DNA of 61,190 nt from Sarea resinae (lineage: Eukaryota): contig JAPEUD010000106.1 in the NCBI GenBank assembly GCA_026026165.1, positions 1-61,190 of the forward strand, given 5' to 3'. How positions within the stretch are numbered: position 1 is the stretch's first letter; every line of letters starts with the position of its first letter. A program made the translations under genes and the position numbers. The notes beneath the pieces were generated by a model, which saw nothing but the letters and a program-made list of their open reading frames with translations, was not told the DNA's origin and searched no databases. Below, one piece after another: positions 1 through 12,012 of this stretch.

Positions 1-264
1 ACGGAATCCTTCACAAGGCATCCGCATTCTCTCGAAGATGATTCGCTGCTTCTCGAATCTATCGAGCAATTTCGCTCATATTGACTACGCGTACTGCATC
101 CATCCATCTCCTGAGAAACCCGGGCTCTGTAAACAGAGCCCGTTGCCAAGCTCGAACATAAATATGGCCCACTGGGACGACGTGCAACAATCCTCCTCTC
201 TGCATCTTGTGCAGCTATCTATTAATTCTTTGGGCAATCTTCATTACTTTATCTTGCTGGAATC

Positions 265-1015
265 ATGACTTCCACCTCGACGGCCAAATACCATGACCTT
301 CGCGAAGACCGTCGGGACTCGATAGCCTCTGCGGATGCAGAAGACGTCCGCCTCCTCCCCTCCTTGGTGGAGCCATTGGCGAAAGGGGCCCCGGGGGCGA
401 CTAGATTCAGCTTTCCTCCTACAATGTTGCTTCGCTTCGTCGTCTTCGTTTTATGCTGGATTCCTTTTCACCTGAGGAGGAGTATCGTGGTCGATGCCTC
501 AAAAGCCGCCGCCGTTTTCCTCGTATTCGCCATGGTGCGGAATGCGCATGTCTTTTTGATATATATGCTGCGGTACTCCAGGCGTCCCGGCGTCAGCGTG
601 CAACTCCAAATCGGCCAACGGACTTTTCCCCTGCTGTCGGGGTCTGATCAGGACCAGGTCATCAAGCCAACTCGGAGAGCAAAGTTTCTGAACCTCGCCG
701 TAGACATGGCCATCATCGTTGGCGGGCTCGTTGCCAGTGGTGTATGGCTGGCGCAATTAGTTCACCGCCGGTGGACTTATGGTGGAGAGAAGCCTGGAAT
801 AATTCTTGCTATCACCGGGTTGTAAGGCGTATACACCTTATTAAATGTTTTGTATCAAGTGGCTGATAATGTCTCCTAGTGCCGTCTACCTTCTGAGTGT
901 AGTGGACTTGGGCAGACCAGACTCGATCACACTATCATTCAAAGTCGCAACTGCCAGAAATGAAAAGACCACCAGAGAGCCACTGATACCGGAGATTGTT
1001 CAATCGGAAGCCTAA
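265..1015 (+). CDS. Small putative integral membrane protein of unknown function (2 exons)
   Basis: ORF 265-821 has several hydrophobic segments. Removing intron 822-879 (GTAAGG...GCTGAT...CTAG) continues the frame as ITGF-AVYLLSVVDLG...QSEA* (TAA 1013-1015). No family recognised. Confidence 0.6.
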
Positions 1016-3597
1016 TCGCAAAGGAAATACGAACAAGCAGTGCGGGAACATGGGGTTTTGCAAGAGATTGATGAGATTGGAACGTAGCAGGACGCGTTGC
1101 TAAAGATTTCAAAATGGGTCGCGATAAGGCCCAGGGCTGTTGGGGAGTGGTCAAGTCCTGTATAGAATCCGTCGGCAGGAGATTCTACTCGCAGGTGGAG
1201 AATAGCAGAGGAATCAGACAGCGGGACTTTAGATAGAACCAAATCTAGAGACCATTCGTAACTTCCATACGGTCACATTTATGGCCTTTCCTTGACGTGT
1301 CCACTGAACTCACCAACTCAAGGGAGCCGAGTCACCCAGCGCAATATATGATCTCATCGTTCCAATGGCCATATTATTTTTACTTTCAAGTTGACAATGA
1401 ATAGCAAGTTCCGCTCGTTCTAAGATACGACCATTGATCGTGTTGATTGGCGGTGGCAGTCCAAAAGATAATCGCAGTGCATTGGTCAGGGACTTTACCA
1501 CCTACACGGGCACCTCGAGCATCGTAGGATGTTTCCGAACACAGGCGCCACGAGACCACAGTAGTATCCAAGGACCGATCACGATGCACCATAAAGGAAG
1601 GTGCATGGCGTGCATAGATGAAATGATTGAAGGGGGGAGACGTTCATGCGAGTCATTCCCATGCAAGTCAATAAGATTAGCAGCATCTATTCGCAATAGC
1701 AATGGTAAGTGGAAGCAATGGAAGAAGACGATTGTGGAAGGAAGGAAGGAAGGAAGGTTTAAACGAGATGGACCCGAGGTGGAAAACGTCCACGGATCGG
1801 TTCCGATAGCTGCCAGCGGAGCGGGAATCAGGGGAAACGGGAAGATGATTGGACGGTGGGACAGCCACCCCGCTGCGAGCGGCGCCCCTTGCCCCGTGCA
1901 TCAGGTATCAGGTACGCCCCGTACGGGTGCAGGCCTCGTCAAAGAGAGACCTCCATCTCGTTCGAAACTGAAGAACAAAACAAACGCACTGCAGGTGACT
2001 GAATCAAAGACAGAAGGTCTATTGATATCCTTCTGGCTCGTTGCGGTATATCGATTGTTCAAAAGATAAAAGTATGGATCGGGAGACCTGAGCGCTGGTG
2101 TCATTCTGCACCTAGAGCACCTTACCTTACTTTATTGCAGCGATGATGATCCGCAGATGATAGAGGCTCTCTTCTGATAGATCGCAAACACCCCTCGCGG
2201 GCATGGCGGCAAAGCGCGCATATGATTTGCTGAGAGGAGCCAGTCCTGTGGGAGAGAAACGGTTCACGAGCAGAGTCGTACATGGCTCCTTTGCTCATAT
2301 GCATTACAAAGTACAGAAATGCTGATATAGGCTGGATCGTCCTCGGTCCAGACACTCCTGGAGAGTGGCGGGAGATGGTGATATATCCCGATTACCTCGC
2401 TCTTCCGAATCACTACCGAGATCTGCAGGAAGTTGTGCGACTCTGCCAGTATTCTACGAGTATCGTGCCTACCATGGTCGTCGTTAGAGACATTCATCCA
2501 TGTATGAAGGAGGATCGACCATGTTTCGGACAGCGTCGTGCATGCAGACGCAGTAAGGTAGGTGGGAGCGGTAGGAGCGGTAGACTACGTAGTACTCCGA
2601 GGAAGGCGACGACAACGAGCTGTGCGTTGTTACATCCATATGGATGGATCCGTCCATCCACGGCTACAGTAAGAGGCCGCTACATATAGTAGAGAGCACT
2701 GCGCAGGGCAGTCTTCGTACCTACTCCGAGTACATAGTAGGTAGGTGACCACTCCGTGCTTCAAGCGTGCATGGCAGCAGCGCCCTGGGGAAAGTGCAGA
2801 GTCAACGGGTATCCAGTAGCCAGCGAGTGGGTAGCCATTGCAGTAGGGGGTAATTATCTGTCGGTGCAAGTCACCTTCAAGTCTCACTCCATGTGGTCGA
2901 CTTACCGGTACTTACTCTGACTTGTCTGAAGTAGTCGCTACCACGGGACTCGGGCACACTCCGCCCGCAGCCAGGTAGCCTTTCTCGGCTGTACCTGAAT
3001 CCGGAGCGCAGAAGGTATCCTGCAGACGGAGGACTTCGTACCTCACCTCCACCACCACCATCAGGAACCAGAAACCGCCCCGACCATATTGCTCCATCTC
3101 GCCCTTCATCGCAGTACGCAGTCTTCGTACTTTCCATCGGCCCTGGCTACTTCGTACATAGATCGCCAGCTCGCATACCACATTCAAGTGAAGTCGACTT
3201 TTGTTCAGCCGTATCCAGTTGGGTTGGGTCACGATGCACCCCTGACATCAAGTCTCCAAGGCTTCCAAGATCGACAGCATTACTCTCGCGCAGTGCTATG
3301 GTCCTCGTCGTCTTCCTCGCCACATTGGTCGCCTCAACTTTTCGTCGTTGACGTCGGCTGGTGCTCCGACACGGAGCCGTGAGATGTTGAGGTCTGCTGC
3401 CATCACGGTCAATTCGACGCCAACGTCTGCTTGGGCGCCCTGTACGAGATCCCATACCCTGCGGGCGTCAACTTCCCCAGCTGCTGAGCTCCATGGGCAC
3501 TAACTAATTCGAAGGCCCCCAAGTCGTTCCCTCACCGCAAAGTCAACCCGATAGATCGCCAGTCGACGTCCTTGCCGGTCGATAGCGGCCCTTCAGA

Positions 3598-6500
3598 ATG
3601 CAGTCAAAGGAGAACGTTCCAATGTCACAGTCGAGACGTTCCCCTCCGGCGGCATTGCATCTCCAAACCGGGTCGGGGCATGGCTCGTACGACGTCTCTC
3701 CTCCTCGCACGCCGCCGTCCCACAATCCGCGGCAGCCCCAGAACAAAGTCGGATCGCGTGCGCTCCACCCGAGGGAGACTTTCCTGGATGATATCACGCC
3801 GGTAGAGAGTCATAGAATGAGCGATGGATACGATCCTCCTGGACGGGACTCCCACGATCTTTCACTTTCCCCACGGCATGTGACGCGAGACTCTGTCGTC
3901 GACAACATGCTCTTGTCGCTAGATCAGTTCTCGATTGGTGGTACCTCAATGATCGATCAATCGCAATTCTTCTCGACGTCCGAACAAGATGACCCATATG
4001 CGACTAGCTCCCGATACGCCTCGAGCAAGAGCGGTCGTCATCGGGGGCATACCTACTCGTCGTCCTACTCATCCGATTACGATCCCGATCTTGACGAAAC
4101 CTCTGGCCGGTATGCTTCTAGCCAGTTTTCCCGTCGCCAAAGGAGCAACAGCAGTTCCAACTTTCAGTCGGGGCTGGGGAGGATAGATAGCCTTCGTGCT
4201 GGCACTCATGGATTGAATGAGGATCCCGATGAGGAGGAAAACGGCGCACTGTTCAACGAGCGACCTTCAGCGACACACTCGCGAGGTGGTAAAAAGGGAA
4301 ACAAGGGCAGTGGATCGTCGAGCCTGGATTATGGTCACAGTCAGGTGCTTGGGACAATGCGTTGGGCGAGTTCGATCGACAAACGTTCGACCGGTTACGA
4401 CCGAGGCTATGGTGATCGTGTCGTGCACAGCTCGCAGTCGAGCGCCGTGTCAAACACACTGGCAGAGAGTGGCAGACCTCAGTATTATACATATAACAGC
4501 TTCGACGCAGCACCGACGCCAACGGTCCCCGCAGGGCCACGGCGGCATCATTCACCTTCACCACCGCTCATATATCCCCCTCAGCCCAATCACGCTCCTC
4601 CGCAAACTCCGATCCTTTCGCGAAAACAGAGCGCTACGGCTTCCGAAAACACCTTCAGGAGACCTTCGAGATTAGATACTCCAGTGGCCCACAGCATCAA
4701 AGCTGACGAGCTCAGACATGCAAGTAGTCCAAGGGATGTACCTGCAATGCCGGCATTTTTGGATCCTCCGGCACCAAGTCCGACTGTCTCTTATGAAAAG
4801 CCTTCGATTCTGGATCAAGGAGCATCGCCTCCAGCGCGAGATCGTCCAGGCTTTTTCAGACGAGTTTTTGGCTCTTCCAAGTCGAACACCCATGCCCCCG
4901 GGCCCTCTTCTCGAGCGCCACAGCTGCCTCCTGTTGAGCATGCAGGTTCGCGGCCTACCACAAGGCCCGCTACGCACGAAAGTGATAAGCGCAGTGTATC
5001 ACAGCTGAAGTCCTCGACGAAAACACCGCCCCGAGATTCTCCCTTGGCCAAGGAACAAGGTCCCGTGCTGAACAAGAAGCCCTCGTCATTCTTCAGGAGA
5101 ATCAAGAAGTCTTCCAATGGCAACAATCCACCACCTGCCTTGCCAATGCAGATCCAGATTGCGAAGGAAGCCGACATCAAGTCATCCGAGCCCAGTCCTG
5201 TCGGTAGCCTCTTCAAAGCGATGAATCCATATCTCAACAGCCCGCCTCGCTCGCCCGGGGTCCAAAACACTGCCAGGGATCCACGTAGCACGGATGATGA
5301 AGCGCATGCTCATCAAAATCGCGAGACTCCCTCTGGGACTGCTTCGCGCCAAAACAGAGCCGCCGGCGCACTTCGCACGGGCCCTCGAGGCGATGAATTT
5401 GTTTTCTCCAGTGCTGGTGAAGGACGTCTTAATTTGTCCCCCGCCAGCAACACCCCAGCGAAAATGAATGAAAAGCGCCGACTTCACGCAAGGGGCGCCA
5501 TCAATGATACCTTCTTACAGGAAAACAGCGGCATCGAAAGTAGAAGCAGAGACACCAGCAACATCGACCAGAAAATGCCTGAAGCGACTTCAGCACCGCT
5601 CGAACTGGTAGGAAACCTACCATCTCCGGAAGAGCATCTTGACGTTCATGAAGAAATCATCCCAGCCAAATCATCTTTCAAACAAAACATCTCTCCTAAA
5701 GCCAGCATAAGGCTGGACACTCATATTCCCTCACAAAACGATGATGAGTTCGTCTCCCCGGCACCTTCCGAGGAGCTCTTAGGCGATTCGAGCCGGCTTT
5801 CTCTTCCACTGGAAGGCCCTCGCAGCTCTGCTAAATCGGTCTCCACCACAAGTGACTATAAGTCTGCGTCGAGCCTACCACTCGTGCAAGTAGGGAATGA
5901 TGATGGCGACAAAGTCGATCTACTTGAAGATGAAGGACAGCAGGAACCCGTGGAAATTGAAGAGCACATACCAACTGCTGAAGACCGTGATCGGGCGCAA
6001 AAGATCTTCGATGGAAATGAGGAGTTCGTCGACAAGGCTAGAGCTGCTGCTCTGTTGGGTGAATCAACTCCTGCGGGCATCCGGATACGGAAAGCTTATA
6101 TGGAGCTGTTTGATTGGTCGGGTTTGAACATCCTCACTGCCCTCAGAGACTTGTGCGGTAAACTCGTTCTGCGAGCAGAGAGTCAGCAAGTCGATCGACT
6201 TTTAGAAGCTTTCTCTGCTAGATGGTGTACATGCAATCCCAACCATGGATTCAAGGCCCCAGGTAAGACTGAAAGAATGGCGATGTCAGAAAATGGCTGA
6301 CCATGCCTCTAGATGTTGTTCATACCATCTGTTTCTCTCTTCTCCTATTAAACACCGATCTTCATATTGCCGATATCGAGCAGAAGATGACACGAAATCA
6401 ATTCATTAAGAACACATTACCGACCATACGGAGAGTGGCTACGGATGCTGCACCGGACGCTTTCGAAACCATCAAACCCTCAAATTTTCCATTCCGTGGA

Positions 6501-8395
6501 CAGATACCCTGGATGGAACCTAGCTCGCCCGGTCCCAAGTCTCCGACCTTTCCAAACGACGCCAAAGAAAGCCGGACTTCAGCTGAAGCCGTGCGACCTA
6601 CTTACAGACTATCCACTAGACCTTCCCAGCGTTCTGGGCTAGATGAGAACTTAGACCCTGATCGACCGCTCGACACTTGTGGACCGTTGGTCAAAGAGCC
6701 ATTCACTGGTACAAGCCGGGCGTGGGAATCTCAAGTTGAGACTGTCCTGAAAGAATTCTACCATTCAATTCGACAGCAGCGGTTGCCTCTTCATGGGGCC
6801 TCTCTTGACCGTGTAACGGATGTCCAAGCCTCGTCGAACAACTTATCGGTAAATAGCTCCGGTACTCTACGTCGATCTCCGAGCACTCTCAGCAAGGCTC
6901 CTTCAGAGAATCCGAGCTACCGCAGCCGGCCTGCAGAACTTCGAAATTTGACGGGTCGATGGACTTCAAAGACAAGATCACGGCCTCGAGTATATCCCCA
7001 TTCGACTGCCGGATCGAGTCGAACGAGCCTTGATGAACAGTCATCCTTGTGGAGTCCGTCGGCGTCGTCTAGTACCTGGAGCAAATATTCTTTGGGCAGG
7101 CCGCAAAATTCCATGTCAGTGGATTCTTTTGGTTCCGGATTTCCACAGGCGGATTACCAGCAAAGTATCGGGTTTGCGAATGCTCTAAGTCAGGCCATCA
7201 TCAGAGAAGAAGCTACCGGCTCTTCTCATTCAGACGAAGGTCTTCACAACGTGCCTCTCCTTGAAGATGAGACTCTTGAACTTGCAGGTGCGCCTTGGGC
7301 CAAAGAGGGTATTGTCAAGCACAAGCATCACCTGGAAGCTATTGAGAAGAGAGCAAAGGACAGAGGCTGGACCGAAAATTTTGCCGTAGTTGAAAAGGGC
7401 TATATGCGTCTGTTTTCGTTCAGCAAAAGCTCTTCCATGAAAGTCCGCAAGAATCGTCAAACCCCTGGGCTCGTCGTTGGCGGTGGAAACTGGAGCGAAA
7501 ATGCCGAGGCGATTGGCTCCTTTATGCTCCGGCAAACGATCGCTTCTGCTTTGCCGCCGCCGGGCTACTCAAAAGCTCGTCCACATGTCTGGGCTTTGTC
7601 GCTACCATCTGGTGCTGTCCACCTCTTCCAAGTTGGCACGCCAGAGATAGTCAAAGAATTCGTGACCACGGCGAACTATTGGAGCGCTCGTCTGTCGAAG
7701 GAGCCGCTCGTTGGAGGTATAAGTAACATCGAGTACGGCTGGAGTGAAGCAGTCCTCAATAGTGCCCTCGTTGGTGGTGATGGTCATGGCCGCGATGGTC
7801 ATGGCCGCGACGGTCATGGTCGTTCTGCTTCAGCATCGGGTGCGCGGCCCAGCCTCCAAAGCTCTATCAGAAGCTCGCTCGATCAAGCTGGTCCCATGAA
7901 ACCTCGGCTTCCTGCGGATAGGATATTGATCAGTGACTGGACACCTCCACCGCAAAGCATGACAGCTAGTGCATTGCTAGAAGTCGACCAGCTGAAGGCG
8001 CTATCGACGTACGTGAAGAATGTCGAAGAGGAATTAAGGCGACATAATGATCTCCGGGCGCCAATGACTTTAGCTGTGAGTAGTCTAGATTATCTCCCTC
8101 TCCCACCCTCTTTATTTACTTCACAGCTAATACGGAGGTTCAGTATACGAACCGCCATCCCAACTCGGCAAAAGCCATGTCAAATTGGGAAAAGAAATCT
8201 TCGTATCTCCTACGTGAGATCGTCAAATTCAGCACCTACATCGATTGCCTTACCGCTGCGCAAGTACAGAAGGAGAAGATCTATGCCGAGCGTCCACAGA
8301 TGCCTGCTGTCGCCACGGTTGATAATGCTGCCGAGTCCAGCGGCGATAAGTTGGCGATTGATCAGCGACCTCTCACTGCGGCCTCATCCCGATAA
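3598..8395 (+). CDS. Sec7-domain ARF guanine-nucleotide exchange factor with PH domain (Syt1-like), 3 exons
   Basis: Sec7 motifs ALRDLCGKLVLRAESQQVDRLLEAFSARW and DVVHTICFSLLLLNTDLH. PH-like region PWAKEGIVKHKH...WTENFAVVEKGYMRLF...EFVTTANYWSAR. Introns 6263-6312 and 8076-8143 join the three ORF-track segments in frame. Long Ser/Pro-rich N-terminus. Confidence 0.92.
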
Positions 8396-9233
8396 CACAA
8401 CTAGGGATCATGATAACGGAGCTCTCTGCTTCGAATTTGTGCACTCTTGTTTCTACCTACTCATATTATGACTTTGGGGAGCGGGAGTATCTTTCCAATT
8501 GTATCACACCCATTTGGCGTTTCCTTCTATCCGTACTTGTATCTTCACTTGTCTTTTTTCTTTCTTGTGCGTCTAGACATTGCGCGGATGGCCCTTTGAT
8601 TTCCTTTGAAACTCGTGCAAAGCTACGAAGTTCACGGTTTTGAATGTTGATGCTCTTGATGGGCCGATGTTGATGTCTTGAATGAGTTGGCTTGGTTTGA
8701 CTTCTATCTCGATTGGAAACTGGTTTGATTCCGTCGGGCCGTTCTCTCTTATCGTGTCTTAAAATACCACCTTTTTTCCTGGCGTGCGCTATGTGGCGTG
8801 CATTACGATAGCGCGGCATCGCAACTGTTGCATGAAGCTGTGCTGCGCGTGTGTGCTTGCTTGGTTGTTGCTTCACCTTAGCAGATAGATATTGTTCTGT
8901 AGACTTGAATGAATAGACCTCGTTTCTCCCTTGCGTGCTGAAACTTCCTGTGTTCCATCCAGAGTAATAATAATCCAAGACAAGAGGTTGTCCGCGTGTA
9001 CACTTACCATGGAGGCCTCGTGTCAATCTGCTGAACGACTAAGTGCCATTAGCGCCGAACGGGCTGCCGTACTAATTTCCCTCAAAATATACGCCGGAGT
9101 ACGTCGACGCAGACGAGCCGAGTACGCCAAGAAAATGAAGATATCCATGCGACTCTAGACTTGACGATCCGATACATCACGGCATATCGCAAACATCAGA
9201 GGACTACGGCAAAACAGCGTCCTCACGGCTAAT

Positions 9234-10892
9234 ATGATTATAAGAGAAGCTGCTCTCCGGCAAGGTCAGCATCCATCACTTGCCTTGCATCCGATTGTCC
9301 CGTCCACCGCGCGGCTAACATTTCTTTCCTGTGCTGCAGGCCGTAGAGCCCTGGCCGCTTCCGCCCAAAGGACATGGTTTCGATCGGCCCATACGTTCGA
9401 GTCCATCGCCGCGGCCCTCGAGAGACATATCAATGATACTCATGCAATAAGATCAGTGCTGGATGTCTCTGTTCCAAAGCCAAAGTCCCAACCCTCTCAT
9501 ACGGTTGAGTCCATCGAAAAGGCTCTCGAGAAACACATCAGGGACACTCATGCCCTTGAAACCGAGTTGTTCTCGTACGGTCCAAAGCCAAAGTCTAAAG
9601 CTGTCCAAACGATCAAGTCCATCGAAGCCGCGCTTGAGAATCATCTGAAAGACACGCATGCTATCAGAACAGAGCTGGCCGCTTACATCCGTGGGCCGCT
9701 CTCGCAGCCTGTTGTTCAGGAGCCTCTGGCGTCAGCCGCGGCCGACTCGGAAATAGTGGCAGAGACGGTGACAGAGGCTGTGGCCGAGAACTATCACGCT
9801 TTCCAACATATTCGTACGGCCACACTCCCCCAATTATTACATTACCCTGTACAAAGTTTCGCCCTCGCAATCTCGTGATTCCTCTCGAGACCTACTCCCC
9901 CCTCCAATCATTCATTAACGTCTCTATCAAACAGAATCCTCAACCGCCCAACTAGGCACCACCCTCGCAGATGCCTACAGACCACACACGCTCCTCACGC
10001 ATCCTCCCTCTCCTAGCGACATCACCCTCGAGCTTCTCCTAGCCTCCCAAGCCCACCTGGGCCACAGCACCTCCCTCTGGCATCCGGGTAACAGCCGCTA
10101 TATCTTTGGCATTCGCGACGGCATCCATATCCTTGACCTCTCCATCACCGCTGCTCACCTCCGCCGCGCTTGCAAAGTCGTCCGCGACGTCACATACCGT
10201 GGCGGTCTCGTGCTCTTCGTCGGCACGCGCCCCGGCCAGGACCGTGCCGTGGTCAACGCCGCCAAGCTCGCGCAGGGCTGCCACCTCTTCGAGCGTTGGA
10301 TACCGGGTAGTATCACCAACGGCCAGCAGATTCTGGGGAATTGCCGTCTCAAGCTGGTCGACGAGTTGGACAACGAGGTCAACGAGCCAGAGCTTACCGA
10401 ACAATTGAGCGCGAAAAGTGTCCTAAAGCCTGATTTGGTTGTCTGTCTTAACCCGAGAGAGAACTATATCATGCTCCATGAGTGCGGCCTGAACGGCATC
10501 CCGACCATTGGCGTTGTCGATACGGATCAAGATCCCACGTGGGTCACGTACCCCATCCCAGCCAACGACGACAGGTTTGTCTTATTCCGTCCTTTTACTC
10601 TACTACTCTACCCCATCCTCGACTCTACGTCCTATAAGTCCTGGCTATCATGGTTGCTGACACCGAAAACTAAAACAGTCTCCGCGCCATCCACGTCATC
10701 GCCGGCGTGCTAGGGAAAGCAGGCCAAGAAGGACAAACGGCGCGCCGCGAGGCTGCCGAGCAGGGCCGCATCACATTCGCGCCTGCATCCGGGCTGAGCT
10801 TCGAGCGTGCCGATGAGGGCTTTTCTTCCTCTTCTTCTCCTCTTCCTCCTTCGTCGTCTTCTTCTGCTGCCGCCTCTGCAGCTCGTGCGTGA
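9234..10892 (+). CDS. MRP4: Mitochondrial small-subunit ribosomal protein uS2m (S2) with a repeat-containing N-terminal extension, 4 exons
   Basis: S2 signatures LLASQAHLGHSTSLWHPGNSRYIFGIRDGIHILDL, VLFVGTR, ERWIPGSITN, KPDLVVCLNP, IPTIGVVDTD and VTYPIPANDDS. Introns 9265-9339, 9814-9934 and 10575-10678. The Arg/Ala-rich N-terminus resembles a presequence. Confidence 0.93.
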
Positions 10893-10982
10893 AAATTGTA
10901 AATCGTTAGTCTTCTGTACTCCACTTACATCCATCCCATGGTATATAGCGGCTTGCCTTTGTTTTTTGTCGTGTTATTTAAG

Positions 10983-11380
10983 GCGAGAGAGAGAGGGAGG
11001 GAGAGAGAGAGAGTTTTTGTTGTGTACGATTACTTCACTCTATTCTATTTGAGAAAAATTTAAGAGAGAATTGTAGACGGGTGAGAGAGAGATAAAGAGT
11101 AGGAGGGAGAGGGACGGGAGAGGGATGGGAGAAGTTGTGGGGAAGTGAGGAAGAAAAAATAAAACTAAATTGACAGAAAAAGGAATCATAGACTTCTGTT
11201 CTGGTTCCGGTCATGTTTGAAAGACAAAGATGAGATGAGATGAGATGAGATGAGAAGAATAGAGTAGAATGGAATGGAATGGAATAGGGGAATCTGAGAG
11301 AAAGAGAGAAAGAGAGAAAGAGAGAAAGAGAGAAAGAGAGAAAGAGAGAGAGAGTGTGTGTGTGTGTGTGTGTGTGTGTT
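10983..11380. repeat. Compound microsatellite block: (GA)n, (GATGA)n, (GAATG)n, (GAGAAAGA)n, (GT)n
   Basis: Visible directly between the convergent 3' ends of uS2m and the carrier gene. Confidence 0.9.
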
Positions 11381-12012
11381 CTTGCATTTCTCACGGTCTA
11401 CCATAGACAGCTAGATTTTTTTTTTATATATCCGGCGACTACTAAGGCTTTTGCTCTCGAACGATCTTGGATGGATGCGTGAATTCTATGTACATTGGAT
11501 GTGTATACGGGCCTCACTTGTCTTGCTCATCTCATCTGATTTGGTCGGGTGTGATTTGATTTGATTTGATTTGATTTGATCTCATCTGGTCTGGTCTGGT
11601 CTAATTTGTTTGATTGGGTTCCTAGAGGTGTGTTGAATGGGCTTTTTGACTCGATTGATTAAGTGGGATCGAGTGATTGGCTGATTGGTTAAGCGATTGG
11701 CCGATTGATGGATAGATTGTTAGATGGGTAGATGGATATGGATTTACGGTGATTTTGTGGGTCGCTTTTGTTGTTGTTTCTTGGACATCTGGATAAACTG
11801 GATATGAGGGTTTTACCGCGGGCCGCCGCCGGAGAATTCGATGGGGGGGCAGGTAGGGGGGCAGTTTTTGTTTTGTTTTGTATTTGCTTCGGGGTGTCTA
11901 TTTTGGCGTTTTGTGTTTTGTGTTTTGCGTTTTTGGTGTTTTGGTGTTTTGCGTTTGTGATGGATGAGCAATGGACGGGGTTCTCCTTTTGGGTTGCGGA
12001 CAAGCGTCACAT

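Noticed and set aside
1434..3460. ORFs 1434-2069, 2282-2689 and others upstream of the Sec7 gene
   Set aside because: No recognisable motifs. The splice-like signals do not assemble into a coherent frame, so this is probably promoter/UTR sequence.
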